NCBI RefSeq assembly: GCF_009914755.1
Contig: NC_060932.1
Reading direction: 5' to 3' (one strand)
Source: the human T2T-CHM13v2.0 reference genome, Homo sapiens
DNA length: 64,000 nucleotides
Of the stretch, positions 15,258-27,379 are shown piece by piece. The position numbers were made by a program, and so were the translations under genes. How positions within the stretch are numbered: the stretch's first letter is position 1; each line of letters begins with the position of its first letter. The notes beneath the pieces were generated by a model. It made no database searches. It saw only the letters and a program-made list of their open reading frames with translations, and was not told the DNA's origin.

Positions 15258-15820
15258 TTTTCATTGTATTTCAATAGTTTTTTGGGGTACAGGTGGTTTT
15301 TGGTTATATGAATGAGTTCTTTAGTGGAGATTTCTAAGATTTTAGTGCAACCATCACCTGAGCAGTGTACACTGTACCCAATATATAGTCTTTCATTCCT
15401 CACCCCCCTCCCAACCTTCCCCTCACTGAGCCCCCAAAGTCCATTGTATCATTCTTATGCCTTTGTGTCCTCATAACTTAGCTCCCACTTGTAAGTGAGA
15501 ACATGCAATATTTGGTTTTCCATTCCTGAGTTACTTCACTTAGAATAATGGCCTCCAGTTCCATCCAAATTGCTGCAAAAGACATTATTTCATTCCTTTT
15601 TATGGCTGAGTAGTATTTCCATGGTATATATGTACCATATTTTCGTCACTTGTTGGTTGATGGGCACTTAGGTTGGTTCCATATCTTTGCAATTGCAAAT
15701 TGTGCTGCTATAAACATGTGTGTGCATGTGTCTTTTTCATGTAATAACTTCTTTTCCTCTGGGTAGATTCCCAGTAGTGGAATTGCTGGGCCGAATAGTA
15801 GATCTACTTTTAGTTCTTTG
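15258..15820 (-). mobile_element. L1 3' end (L1PB/L1MA-like), inserted in an old MLT1-like LTR
   Basis: L1 3' UTR and ORF2 C-terminus (PAIPLLGIYPEE...WNQPKCP). Confidence 0.9.
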
Positions 15821-15861
15821 CCTGTATATATTCTTGGTTTTATTCTGCACATTGCTAGCTT

Positions 15862-15862
<1 letters not shown>

Positions 15863-15942
<80 letters not shown>
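15863..15942. repeat. Compound self-complementary microsatellite (CT)19(CA)7(GA)14
   Basis: Read directly from the sequence. Confidence 0.97.
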
Positions 15943-15946
<4 letters not shown>

Positions 15947-17069
15947 AAGTGATTGCTGGCATCCCCAGATCTACACCATCCAAATTCAGCAAGCTTCTTG
16001 AAAAGACAGCGTCTCTTTCCTACCATCCTGGAAACGTGACTGATTCCCACAGGAGGATTTTTATTGGCCACAGCTGGGTCGAGCTCCAGGGAAATGGGAT
16101 TCTCTGATTTGCTGACCCAGGCCATGAATCCATGCCTTTATGACCAGGCATGGGAGTCCACTTCCAAAAGAAGGGAAACAGGAGAAAACTTGCTAGAAAA
16201 CCAAAAACAATAACTATACAACCCACTCAAATTGATTTTAAAAATTTTTAATTAAATGCCTTTATTTAATGTTACTTTACTCAATGAAAGCAAGCATTTA
16301 CACACTCAAATGGTAGGTATTTGGTTAAGCAGCTCTTGAGGTCCCTCTAAAGAACCCTGAATCTATCAAGCAAGAAAATGTTCCCACTTTTCTGGCAAGG
16401 GTTTATAGGGTTTCTGAGTATTTACAGAAAACAAAACCTTTCTTCCCTCCCCTTTCTCTACAGTCTATGTTCCAAACCACAAAGAGAAAGGAATCATTCA
16501 TCCCTGTGCATGGGTTAATTAAGCAGAAAACTTTTTCCAAGGGTAGGAAGCTTGGTATTAGATAGAAAGAAAAAAAGAATGAGAAATGCTTTTGGAGTTT
16601 CTGGAGAAGAGAAGGAGAAATCATATGGTGGTGGGAGGTGAAAAGATGTCAATGGCAACGCCATCTATTTCTAAATTTTCCCTGAACAGGAGACCAAATG
16701 CTTAGGGGTTCTCTGAGTCTATCTGTTGGGACAAGCTGAGAGAGACCAGTTAACTTCAACAATACTCACTTTTGCAGAGTGGAATCCAGGGCAAGTAGGC
16801 AAAGATGCACCTATAGCCAGTACTTAGAAGGTGACAAGGAAGGTGATCCTTGAAAGCAGAAATCCGATTGCCCTGCAGGAGCAGATGGTGGTTGGAAGAT
16901 AAACCCGCAATGTCTGTGATTAGCCAGCTGAGAAAGCTCAGAAAATGTCTGCCTAAAGATGGGCTCAGATATGGCTTAGGAATATCTAAGGGGATTTGTC
17001 CACCCAGAGAGAAAGAGGAACTTAAATTACTTGTATTGCAACCCATCTGAAGATAGAATATGACCACAG

Positions 17070-17615
17070 TGTAAGGGAAGAAAAATAATTTTTTCTCTAC
17101 CTTTCTGAGTTTGTAGCTCGGATGGACCCCTGTAGCAAAAGACAGATTAACAAGAGAAAAACAAACAAATTTATTAGCATGTATATTTCATATATACATA
17201 GGAGATCCCAGGAAATGAGAAATTCTCAAAGTATCTTAGAACTCTGGTTTTATATGGCATTTTTAACAAAGAAGAGCAAATTGTTAGAGAAGTAACCAAA
17301 GGAAAAGTACTGTGAGTCTCTAGGGTTAGCAAATTGAGGGAAGGCGAGGAAATGGGAATTTGTCATGTGGATTCTTCGGTGCCATCTCCAGGATGAGAAG
17401 GATCTAAAGTTGCCTTCAGTGAACAACCTTTGTTCTTTCTGGTAGAGAGGTAACGATGGACATCATAGTCTTGGTAAATTTATGTCTTGCTTTTAGGCTA
17501 ATGGGGTAGAGCAGAGACCTTTTCTTATATCTGCTTCTTCTCGATTGCCTTCAGCTCAAAATAACTTTTATGCCAAAGTGGCGTATCTTAGGGTGACATG
17601 TTCTGGTCTTCTGCA
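17070..17615 (-). mobile_element. ERV1 solo LTR (MER34-like)
   Basis: TG...CA termini, 4-bp TSD ACAG, minus strand GCCACTTTGGCATAAAAGTTATTTTGAGCTGAAGGCAAT. Confidence 0.8.
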
Positions 17616-18179
17616 ACAGACAGAGGCTACAGATGCCTGCCTGGCATCCTGAAGAGGGAGAAAGAGAGTGAGAGTCGGTCAGGCTGTTTCCAGCCAAATA
17701 GATGCTGGAGAGGGAGCCAGCCATGCAGTTACACTCCAGGATGCACGGCTGAGTTCGTGTCCCGGCATATTTTCTCCTTGTCACTGAAGCCCCAGCTGCC
17801 TAGAGTATTTTATCATATGTAAGTCGTGCCATTATTTTATGTACCACAAAGAAGAAACATTTATGCCAATTACACTGCATCATAATGCTTTCCTTTCACT
17901 TTGACTTTTAATCATTTTACACTTATTTTGACATAGATTTTATTCTACATCAAGCTTGTACATAAATGAAAAGAAAAATATAACTGAAATAAAATGGCTG
18001 CAATAATTCCTAAAACTTCTTCAAATTCAATGTCTGATTCTTCTGAATCATTTTTAGACTGTCTTTGGTGTCTGTATTTTTCCTGCACAATATCATCCTG
18101 TGTACCTTCAACAATGTTTGTAATACAGCACCTTTAAAAAAGAATTTAAAATATATGCTATATATATATATTTTAAATT

Positions 18180-18293
18180 AACTTATTTACTCTCATTCCT
18201 TTGATTTCTAAAGGGAAGATAACCTCAGTAGCTTGTTTCCCTAGCCTTTCCTTTTATTTGCCCCTTTGGATATGAAAAACCTGTTCTGAATTA
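18180..18293 (+). repeat. Dispersed direct duplicate of 20105-20218
   Basis: 114 bp, about 6 mismatches; flanked on both sides by (TA)-rich tracts. Confidence 0.95.
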
Positions 18294-18349
18294 TATATTA
18301 TATATAATATATATGTTATATATAAAATATATATATTCCAATAGAAATT

Positions 18350-18680
18350 TGAAATTTGATCTGTTTATTAGATATTAGGATATTGATATTAAATTTCTTG
18401 GGTGTGATAATACTATACCCTAGAAGAATGTTCTTATTCTTAAAAGATACGTGCTGAAGTGTTTAGCAGTGAGGTGTCATGCTATTTGCATATTACTTTC
18501 ATATGATTCAGCAAACAAACATACAAACAAAATGCCCAAAGAAACATAAAGAGTGATGAGTAAAGGAAATGCCTTCAAAATGATATCAACAGGAAAATCT
18601 AGATAAAGGATATACAGGTATTCATGGAACTATTTTTTAAATTGTTCTTTAAGCTTAAGGTTTTCCAAAATTAAATGTTA
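18350..18680 (+). mobile_element. Old L1 (L1ME-like) 3' fragment
   Basis: TTAAATTTCTTGGGTGTGATAAT...GTGCTGAAGTGTTTAG...TTTTCCAAAATTAA. Confidence 0.65.
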
Positions 18681-18690
18681 TTTCGGAGTG

Positions 18691-18788
18691 GGGCATAGTG
18701 GCACACACCTGTAGTCCCAGATACTCATCGGGAGGCTGAGGCAGGAGAATTGCTTGAACCCAGGAGGCAGAGGCTTCAGTGAGCCGAG
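18691..18788 (+). mobile_element. Internal Alu right-arm fragment, an inverted copy of 19460-19557
   Basis: No tail or TSD; 96/98 identical to the neighbouring Alu, including its private variants. Confidence 0.92.
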
Positions 18789-19390
18789 TAGGGGAAGAGC
18801 GTGCTTCACTGAGAAATCCACTCCAATAATTTTTTCCAAGTTTTCTCAAGCTGCCAACACCAGTTCAGATCAGATCAGTGCTTTCTTGATCTTACCAAAT
18901 GGATGTCCACATAAGTTTTCAGACAGGAATCATGATTCACATTCCTTCCCCCAAGGGGTCCTCAGAGTTTGCTCACTGAAGCATCACTGGTTGCTGCGCC
19001 GTTTTTCAAGCATGACACCCAAGAAGTAACAACCAGATCCATCTATGTGTAGGCAACGGCAACTATGTCAGAACTGCTGCTTGACTGACAGTGGTTGTGA
19101 TGGGAATCCCTGTGTCAGAGATGTGAAAACATGGCAGTGTGGGAGAAGGTGTATCTTCAGATTGAACAGTTGACATACACATTCATGCCACTGGCAGTTA
19201 TGGATCTCAATGTGGACTAACCAGCTGGAAATCTGGGTTACAGGTCAGTCTTTGTGAGCAGGAGTTATTCCCCTTGGTCTGACCAGAGTTTCTGGAATTC
19301 CACATCTGGATCATCTCTTGGACCATGTGACCCTTTCCAAGGTACCACCAGTCAGTGAAGCCTTGACTGAGTACCAGAGTATCAGCCTTC

Positions 19391-19700
19391 TCTTTTTTTT
19401 TTTTTTTCTTTTCAGACAGCGTCTTACTCTGTCGCCCAGGCTGGAGTGCAGTGTGCCATCTCGGCTCACTGAAGCCTCTGCCTCCTGGGTTCAAGCAGTT
19501 CTCCTGCCTCAGCCTCCCGATGAGTAGCTGGGACTACAGGTGTGTGCCACTATGCCCAGCTAACTTTTTTTTTAATTTTTAGTAGAGATGGGCATTTACC
19601 ATGTTGGTCAGGCTGGTCTTGAACTCCTGACCTCAAGTGATCTCCCCGCTTTGGCCTCCCAAAGTTCCGGGATTACAGGCGTGAGCCCCCGCACCCAGCC
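19391..19700 (-). mobile_element. Alu (AluS-type)
   Basis: Poly-T then reverse-complement dimer. Confidence 0.95.
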
Positions 19701-20669
19701 CCAGCCAGCTTTTTCCCCTGTTTGGCATCTCTGTCTCCACTGTGTCTGGGGGCAGCAGGGATCAGCACTGTCTAAACGAGACATGGCAAGCTTGCAAAGA
19801 AGGATTTTTATACCACATGTATCCTTTCCAATATGATGGTAACAAAGAATGGGAGACCCTATTTCCCTTGGTTATACCATTGACTTAGCTGCTATCTGAG
19901 AATAATAATGTCTGCATTGCCTCCTCCTGTCTTCAATAAATATTAAGTTGCTGCTATACCTCATAGGATTATTGTGAACAATCAAAGAGAGACCCCAAAA
20001 AAGTAGTATGAAGTAGTCCCATTATCATAAAAACAAAGGTCTTTGAAAGGACAGATAGGGATAATGATCCCAAAACATAGTTGAGGACACTTTCTTCTTT
20101 AATGAACTTATTTACTCTCATTCCTTTGGTTCCTAAAGGGAAGATAACCTCAGTAGCTTGTTTTCCCAGCCTTTCCTTTTATTTGTCCCTTTGGATAGGA
20201 AAAACCTGTTCTGAATTACTCAAATATGCCTAGAACTCAAAAGCATGCTTGTGATTATGCCCCTTTACACATTTAATGTGGAAAAACCTCACTAACAAGA
20301 AAATAGGCCTGCTTGGAGATAATAAGCTCCCTTCCTCCTGTGGTCTCAGTACATCCACGTGTTGCTCCCTCACTCCTTTGAGGTGCCCGCCCCTGCAGCT
20401 GCCAGCCGCCCTGGTGGTGCAGCTCTTCCCACCCTGAAATGCACCAACCCCTGAAATGCAAACTCTGGGTTGTTGACATTTTCTCAACAAAGGGAGGAAA
20501 TGTAAGTAAATCAAGGCAAACAGAAGTGACTCAATCTGCTCTAACAGCTTTCTATTTTATGACTTGGAATACACAAAGATAGACACCAGAGATGAAGCAC
20601 TGCGCCCAAGGCCAGGCCAGGCGGCTCCGCAGACGGGCAAGGCTCCGGCTACTGACACAGCCCTCCACC

Positions 20670-21174
20670 CTTTTTGATCACCTCCTCTTCACCCCATTGG
20701 TGACGGAGAGAGTCCCACCCTAGCGTTCTGGGGATGGCTGAACACGCAACGCCCAACACTGGGCAGATGAGATCCACAACGGTTTATGAGTCACATAGTC
20801 ACAGCCCGGGGTAGACACTGCACGCCAAGCAGGGCCACACAGGGGTTGCACTCGGGAACACAGTGAGCAAGCAGGGGCTGTGGGAGACAGGCCTTGGAGT
20901 ACCAAGAGGGTGGGGTTCCCCCTGGTTCCCATGGAAGGATGGGATTGGCCTGTTTGAATCATTCCGTGGGCCGGCAGAGAACTGCAGCGTGATGCTTAGG
21001 CATAACCGGCACTGTGCCTGGTCTCGGTGATGTGCAGTGTCGTTTGGCAATGGGACCTTATCCAGGGGAGCAAAGTGGGGAGGGAAACCTGTGGTCAGGC
21101 CATTCGAGGTCCTTCTGGTTTCGGATCTGAAAGCAACATATAATATCGGGCCCTAATTTTAGGCCTATAATACA
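20670..21174 (-). mobile_element. ERVL solo LTR (MER74/MER54/MER73 group)
   Basis: Minus strand starts TGTATTATAGGCCTAAAATTAGGGCCC and ends ...CACCAATGGGGTGAAGAGGAGGTGATCAAAA, as recalled for this LTR group. Confidence 0.7.
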
Positions 21175-22505
21175 TGGCCTTCACTGCGTCGCCTTTTTCA
21201 TCTTTTGTGTTCAGCCTACGGATTTCTCTTCACTCTCTTAGCCTGTTCTTTTCACTGTATCATTCTTCATTAGCTATATTCGTTACTTTCATAGAGCACT
21301 GTTTCCTACCTGAGCAGCCAGATTCTGAAGCCTTCAGTAAAAGGATATTTTTCTGGGGGAAACAGAGATGGATCATATACCCAGAAAGAAATAAGCACTA
21401 TTAAGGCAGAATCCGATTCAGGGGCGGTCGCTGGGGTTTTGCCCATTTAGGGCAATAGATCCTTACTCTCACGTCGGATGGGGTCTGTGCAATCCAGAGA
21501 TATAGATAGATTCACAGAGGAATCATGGAGACATTATACAGATGCCAAACATTTGAGGAGAATGACTAGCTCCGGCTCTGTAATTAGCTCTCATTCGATT
21601 TACTGTGCTTTGTTAATTACAACAAATTATACAGACGTGCGTAACCAAAGCTGCACGCTGCAGAATTAATTATAGATTTACAGAAGTTGCAAAAATGGTA
21701 CAAAGATGTCCTATGTGCCCTTCACCCACTTTTCCTCAATACTAAACTCTCCCATGCTGTTTGCTTGCCTTTCTTTTCTTTCCTTCTTCTCTTTCTTTTC
21801 TTCCTTTTTTGTCCTTCTTTTCTTCTTTCTTCTTTATGTGCTTCACAATCCATGTATATTACTTGGATAACAAGGAAGAGAGATTATTAAGAAGAATTTT
21901 TACAATATAAATTATGAGAGCACAAGGCAGTTATCCTCCCTCCCTTGCGTGTACAAGGAGGAAGGAATGTTGTGGTCCAGCTGAGGCCTCATAGTCTCGC
22001 TCCACCCTGGGGCTGGAGTGTCTGCTGCAAAGTCAGGGCAGCGGCAGAGTTCTTAGCTTTGCTCACGCGTGGTAAAAGTCTCTTCTGTGCTGAGTCCAAG
22101 GCTGTCTCACCCTTCGATGTGTCTGCAGCTCTCTGGCTTCTTGTGCTCCTTAGTAGGAAATAGCATTGTGCTGCTTCTGCTGCTGCACGTCTTGGTCCTG
22201 TGTGTCAAGGTCCCCACCCCTATAGTGGCCAGTGCTCCATCACCAGGGCAGAGGAGAGCTGCTCTTAACCCCTCTCAATGGGATTATTCACTTTCATCCT
22301 GGGCTTCAGACTGAAAACAGACACTTCCTAGATACTTTCTGTGCAACACATTGAAAAGTCACCTCCTCTTGGGCTCCCAGGAGCTCAGGAGGAGACCCCT
22401 GGCCTTCCAGCTGAATCACTGCAGGGGTGGCACTGTGGGGAACACAAGAGAGATAGCAAGTGGCAGTTTTCATTTTCCTCCTGTCCATAGCTATTAAGAA
22501 TATTA

Positions 22506-23052
22506 GGCCAGGTGAAGTGGCTCATGCCTGCAATCCCAGCACTTTAAGAGGACGAGGCAGGAGGATTGCTTAAGTCCAGGAGTTCAAGCCCAGCCTGGGC
22601 AACATAGCAAAACCCCGTCTCTACAAAAAATTCATAAATTTGAATCAGCATATGGATTTCTCTTCATTTTCTTTCTATAGCCTCTTCTTTTCACTGTATC
22701 ATTCTCCATTTGAAATTTGAAATTTGAAAAATTTGACTCTGACTACTTGTGAGCAAAGCTAAGAACGCTGCCGCTGCCGTGACGTTGCAGCAGACACTCC
22801 AGCCCCAGGGTGGAGTGAGGCTATGAGGCCTCAGCTGGACCACAACATTCCTTCCTCCTTGTACACGCGAGGGAGGGGGAATAACCGCCTTGTGCTCTCA
22901 CGGGCATGGTGGCACGCACCTGTGTCCCAGCTACTCAGGAGACTGAGATGGGACAATCACTTGAACCCAGGAAGCAGAAGGTGCAGTGAACAGTGATTTT
23001 GCCACTGCACTCCAGCCTGGGCAACAGAGCGAGACCCTCTCTCAAAAAAAAA
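22506..23052 (+). mobile_element. AluJ split at its linker by a ~260-bp locally templated insertion
   Basis: Left arm 22506-22640, right arm 22901-23052; the intervening DNA matches 21211-21271 (direct) and 21915-22066 (inverted). Confidence 0.93.
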
Positions 23053-23084
<32 letters not shown>

Positions 23085-23666
23085 ATTAATACCAGTCCTG
23101 CCTGTTATGAAATTCAGGATGTTCTTGTTGTTCTGTCTTATGTTTTTCTATTTTTCCTGACTTTGATTTAAGATCCTGGAGTAAATTCTCAGAGAGTATC
23201 CAATAATCCTCTTTTCAAAAAGTTACTCAGAGCAAGACAGATAACACCCCTCAGATGTCAGAGCAGGTGGCAGGCCTGAGGAGGACACCTGGGCCCCGCC
23301 ATGTCACAATGCCACGTTGATGCTAACACTGGCCCCAAGCTGCACCACTGAGGAGTGAGTTGGAACTTTGCTCCATGAGACTTTTTGGGCCACAGCCTTA
23401 AGAAGCTGAGGCTTCCCCAGGGCCTCCCTCCTACATAGTAAAAATTGATTTGCAGAAAGGAATAGAGAAAAAAAAAGAGTTCTTAATTCTATTGTAAAAT
23501 GCTGTTAAGTGACTATATATGTAATGTGATGAACTAGCTGAGATTTTACAAAACTAACTGGTTTACTATAGGGACGCATCCAGCAGAATATCCAGCACAC
23601 GACAGGAGAAAGCCTGGCCTCTAGGAGGCCGAGAGTTGCTAGTTTGGAGTCAGATCCTCTTGGAAA

Positions 23667-23975
23667 GTCAGGTGCAGTGGCTCACACCTGTAATCCTAGC
23701 ACTTTGGGAGGCCAAGGTGGGAGGATGGTGTGAGCCCAGGAGTTTGAGACCAGCCTGGGCAACATAGTGAAACCCTGTCTCTACAAAAAATCTGAAAATT
23801 AGCTGGGCATGGTGGCATGTGCCTATAGGCCCAGCTACAATGCAAGGCTGAGGCAGGAGGATCGCTTGAGCCCAGGAGGTTGAGGCAGCAGTGAGCCGTG
23901 TTCATGCCACTGCACTCCAACCTAGGCGACAGATTGAGATCCTGTGTCGAAGCAAAAAACAAAAACAACAACAAA
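23667..23975 (+). mobile_element. AluJ inserted in a MIR
   Basis: Dimer; TSD ...CTCTTGGA; MIR sequence continues on both sides. Confidence 0.93.
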
Positions 23976-24921
23976 TACTCTTGGATGTAAATCCCAGCTT
24001 CAGGATTAAACAGCTGTGTGACCTTGGAAGCAGTAGCTAAATTTCCTCATCCATAAAATGAAGCTTACAGGAATGCTTAATAAATGAATTGTAAGGAGCA
24101 AGTGAGATGCAGCATACACTCTGCTTAATACTCTGGTACACAGCAGGCACTCAAAAATATTAGCTGTTATCATTTGAATAAACGAATGCTAATAATAAAG
24201 ATAAAAGATAAAAACAAAAGCATAGAGAAAAGCTTCTCTGCCCTGAATCAGCTTCTAAGTAGTTAACTGTTCTTGGCCACCACCGGCTTGGCCAGAAGCA
24301 AGGTATTTTTAGCTGTAGGCATGAGGCAGAACTCACCCAGGGCAGAAGCAAAGTACAACAGGGCATTCCAGCTTTCTAGGCTGGAATTATTCACTCTTGC
24401 TTGATAAAAAGCAACCTGCAGTTGTGCCTGCCTTTTCCTTATCAGTGTGCTCCTGAGAAATTGCAGAGAAGTCAAACTTTATACATCATCTTATTTTAAT
24501 ATAAATGAATAAGGGAAGGTTTCTTTTTGATAGACCCTTTACCATTTGCCCTTTTATATTATAAATTGTTGTCATTTTGTTAGATGCAGCTGATTGTTTA
24601 TGCAGTTTCTTTAAAACAGGACATCCTGAAAGACTTTTGAATTGCCACTCCATTGACAGCATTTTTATAGAGGAAACAGAGTGAGAAAAATCATCATCTT
24701 ACCAGCTAGCCCCGGTACTCTTAGGGAGGAAACTATCTTTGTTCAGGAAAACACCTTCATAAACCACTTCAAATGGAAAATGAGACCCTGATGATTCAAC
24801 TGAATAAAATAAATAGCCAAATTTCACAGCACTAGAAATAAGCAGGTATTTGGGGGCAGAGTGGGAAGACTAGAATCGTTGAGCAACTCAGTGCAGTAGG
24901 AAAGGACTTTTGAAAACCAGA

Positions 24922-25341
24922 TGGTGGTTACTTTTATATGTCAGCTTGGCTGGGACACAGTGCCCAGATATGTGGTCTAAATTACTCTAGCTGTTTCTGT
25001 GAGGGTGTTTTTGGATAAAATGAACATTTTAATATGCAGACTTTGAGTAAAGCACACTGCCTTCCATAATGTGGGTGGGCCTTATCCAATCAGTTGGAGG
25101 CCTGAATTGAATGAAAGACTGACCTCCCTTGAGCAAGAGGGAATTCCACCACAGAGAGCCTTTGGCCTGGCACTGCAGCATCAGCTCTTCCCTCGCTTTC
25201 CAGCCTGGCAGCCTTCAGAGTTGAACTGTATATTTTGGACTTGCCAGCCCCCATAAGCGTGTGAGCCAATTCCTTAAAATAGGTCTTCCTCTATATAAGC
25301 ACACATCATATTAGTTCTCTTTCTCTGGAAAATCCTAATAC
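24922..25341 (+). mobile_element. ERVL solo LTR (MLT2-type)
   Basis: GGTTACTTTTATATGTCAGCTTGGCTGGG...TCTGGAAAATCCTAATACA. Confidence 0.85.
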
Positions 25342-25490
25342 AACCAGGATGTCTAATATTAAATATGAAGCTTTGTTGCTGTGACGTGCATTTCCACTCC
25401 TTTTTCTCAAACATATTCCCTCTGCATCCCAGCCATATACCTCGTGCAAGTGGTTGTGTGTGTATTCGTGCATGTACATGTGTTCACACA

Positions 25491-25493
<3 letters not shown>

Positions 25494-25533
<40 letters not shown>
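25494..25533. repeat. (TG)n microsatellite
   Basis: About 20 TG units. Confidence 0.97.
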
Positions 25534-25536
<3 letters not shown>

Positions 25537-27379
25537 CCAAAGGAATGGGCTAAGTTTCATGTCTGGGTTGTTATAGAATAGAACCAAAATAGCACCTAGC
25601 AGATGGCAATACAGTCCACAACCTGAGTGAGTTTAGGAGAACCAGGAATGTGGAGCTAGACACCACCATGAGAAAGAGCCCTTCCTCTGCCCCCGCAAGG
25701 AATCTGTACAGCTTTGGGGGCAATCAACAGGTTTCCACAACATTCAGGCCAAACTCAAGGAGCTCTTAAGAGACAGAGGGACTGATCTGGACATCTGAGT
25801 TCCATAAAAACAAAAATTTTTTTTCTTTTAAATTCACAGACTATATGTTAAGCATGTTCAGTTAACTTACTCAGAAGCAGACCCAGATGGTAAACTTCGC
25901 TGGTGATCACAGCTTGCTTCTAATTATTCATACACTCCTCTGAGATTAAGGAAACCTCCATACCACCAAATAAACCAAAACAAACAAAATAAAACCCTAA
26001 GAGAGGCAATGTGCAAAGAGAATGAGTTGATGCAACTGGTTTCTGTAGAAAGACAAACATGGAAAATGCCTCCCAGTGTGGCCCCAGGTGCCCCAAGACC
26101 AATGCTGCATCACCACTGGGCCAGGAGTGCTCTCCCCGCTGGGCAGTGAGGGAAGGACGGGGGAAGGAGAGGAAGGGCCATCTTAGGACACTGCTGGCGT
26201 GGGGGCCACCCATGACAGCACTGTCATGGTAGTCCATTCCCCGTGGTTGGTAGAAAGAACTAAGATCCTTAAGATGGCACACAGTCACAGAAATGCCTGA
26301 ACTAACTAAAAATAATGATCTGAATCTAAATTCTTGGTGCGAAGGAGATGGATAAAGATCAAGAGGGGTTTCAAATTTATGTGTCTTAGGCAAGGAAAAA
26401 AAGGCTAATTTAGGAACTGGGCACTGCCCTTTAAGCTAATGGCCTCAGATCCTTGGATCAGTGTGTTAGGTATATGTTCAAACTGGTGGCCTCTTAGAGA
26501 CACTAGGAAACACAAGTAGCATTGACAGTGTTTGGTGCTGTCATTCAAACACTCGCCCTCCTTCATACAGCTTGTCTTATCATTCTGTCAATCAGAATGT
26601 TTAAGGGAAGCATAATATTGTTTTTAACTGCCTGAAAAAAATCTAAACACACTAACGTTATTTTCTTTCTAAACCCTGTTATATAGTATAGGTCTATAGG
26701 TGATGCAGATGCCAAATGAAAGAAATGTGAGATGCATGATTTATTTTTAAAACAAAAACCAACACATTCCCACCATGAAATAGAAAGGTCACCACCAATA
26801 AAACCATCTAATCAGCCTCATTAGTATGTTCCTTTGACCACATTTCTCTTATTCAACAGAGCGTGTCTCCTCTGAATAACCAGGAGATTTCACAATAACA
26901 CATGCAAAGACCAAAGAAGGAATCTGTGTGATGTGGCCAGCACCCATCAGACCATGGGGCACTTGCCCCAGAGGGAGAAGAAGAGACAAATATTTGAAGG
27001 GCAGCATCAATCTTCTGACAAATGCACATATCTGTAAAGCCTAGTAAAGTGGCAAAAAAGACATATCTGCATGCAACTACCAGAAATCTTACTGAGCTCC
27101 AAATGAAGGGCTCATTCTGATCCTCAGGGATTTGGAGCAGGATTTTTTTCAAGAGCCCATTTAACTTTCACTGCAGTTGGTCTTGGGAAGAGAGAGGTTC
27201 TAGCCCATGCCTCAGCAGGAGCAGACCTCTGCTTGGCATCAATGAAAGGTCCTGGGCCCAAGATTCCATAAGCGATAGGAAGTCTCAAAAGAGTCAATAG
27301 ATTTTTATGATCTCAAGTTTGTCTTGAATGAAACACAATGTTTTGTGGCTTATGGATTCCTACCAAATCTAGATGAAAA

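Noticed and set aside
26835-27050. Possible plus-strand exon after TTTCTCTTATTCAACAG
   Set aside because: Acceptor-like site only; no good donor or homology, so it cannot be supported.
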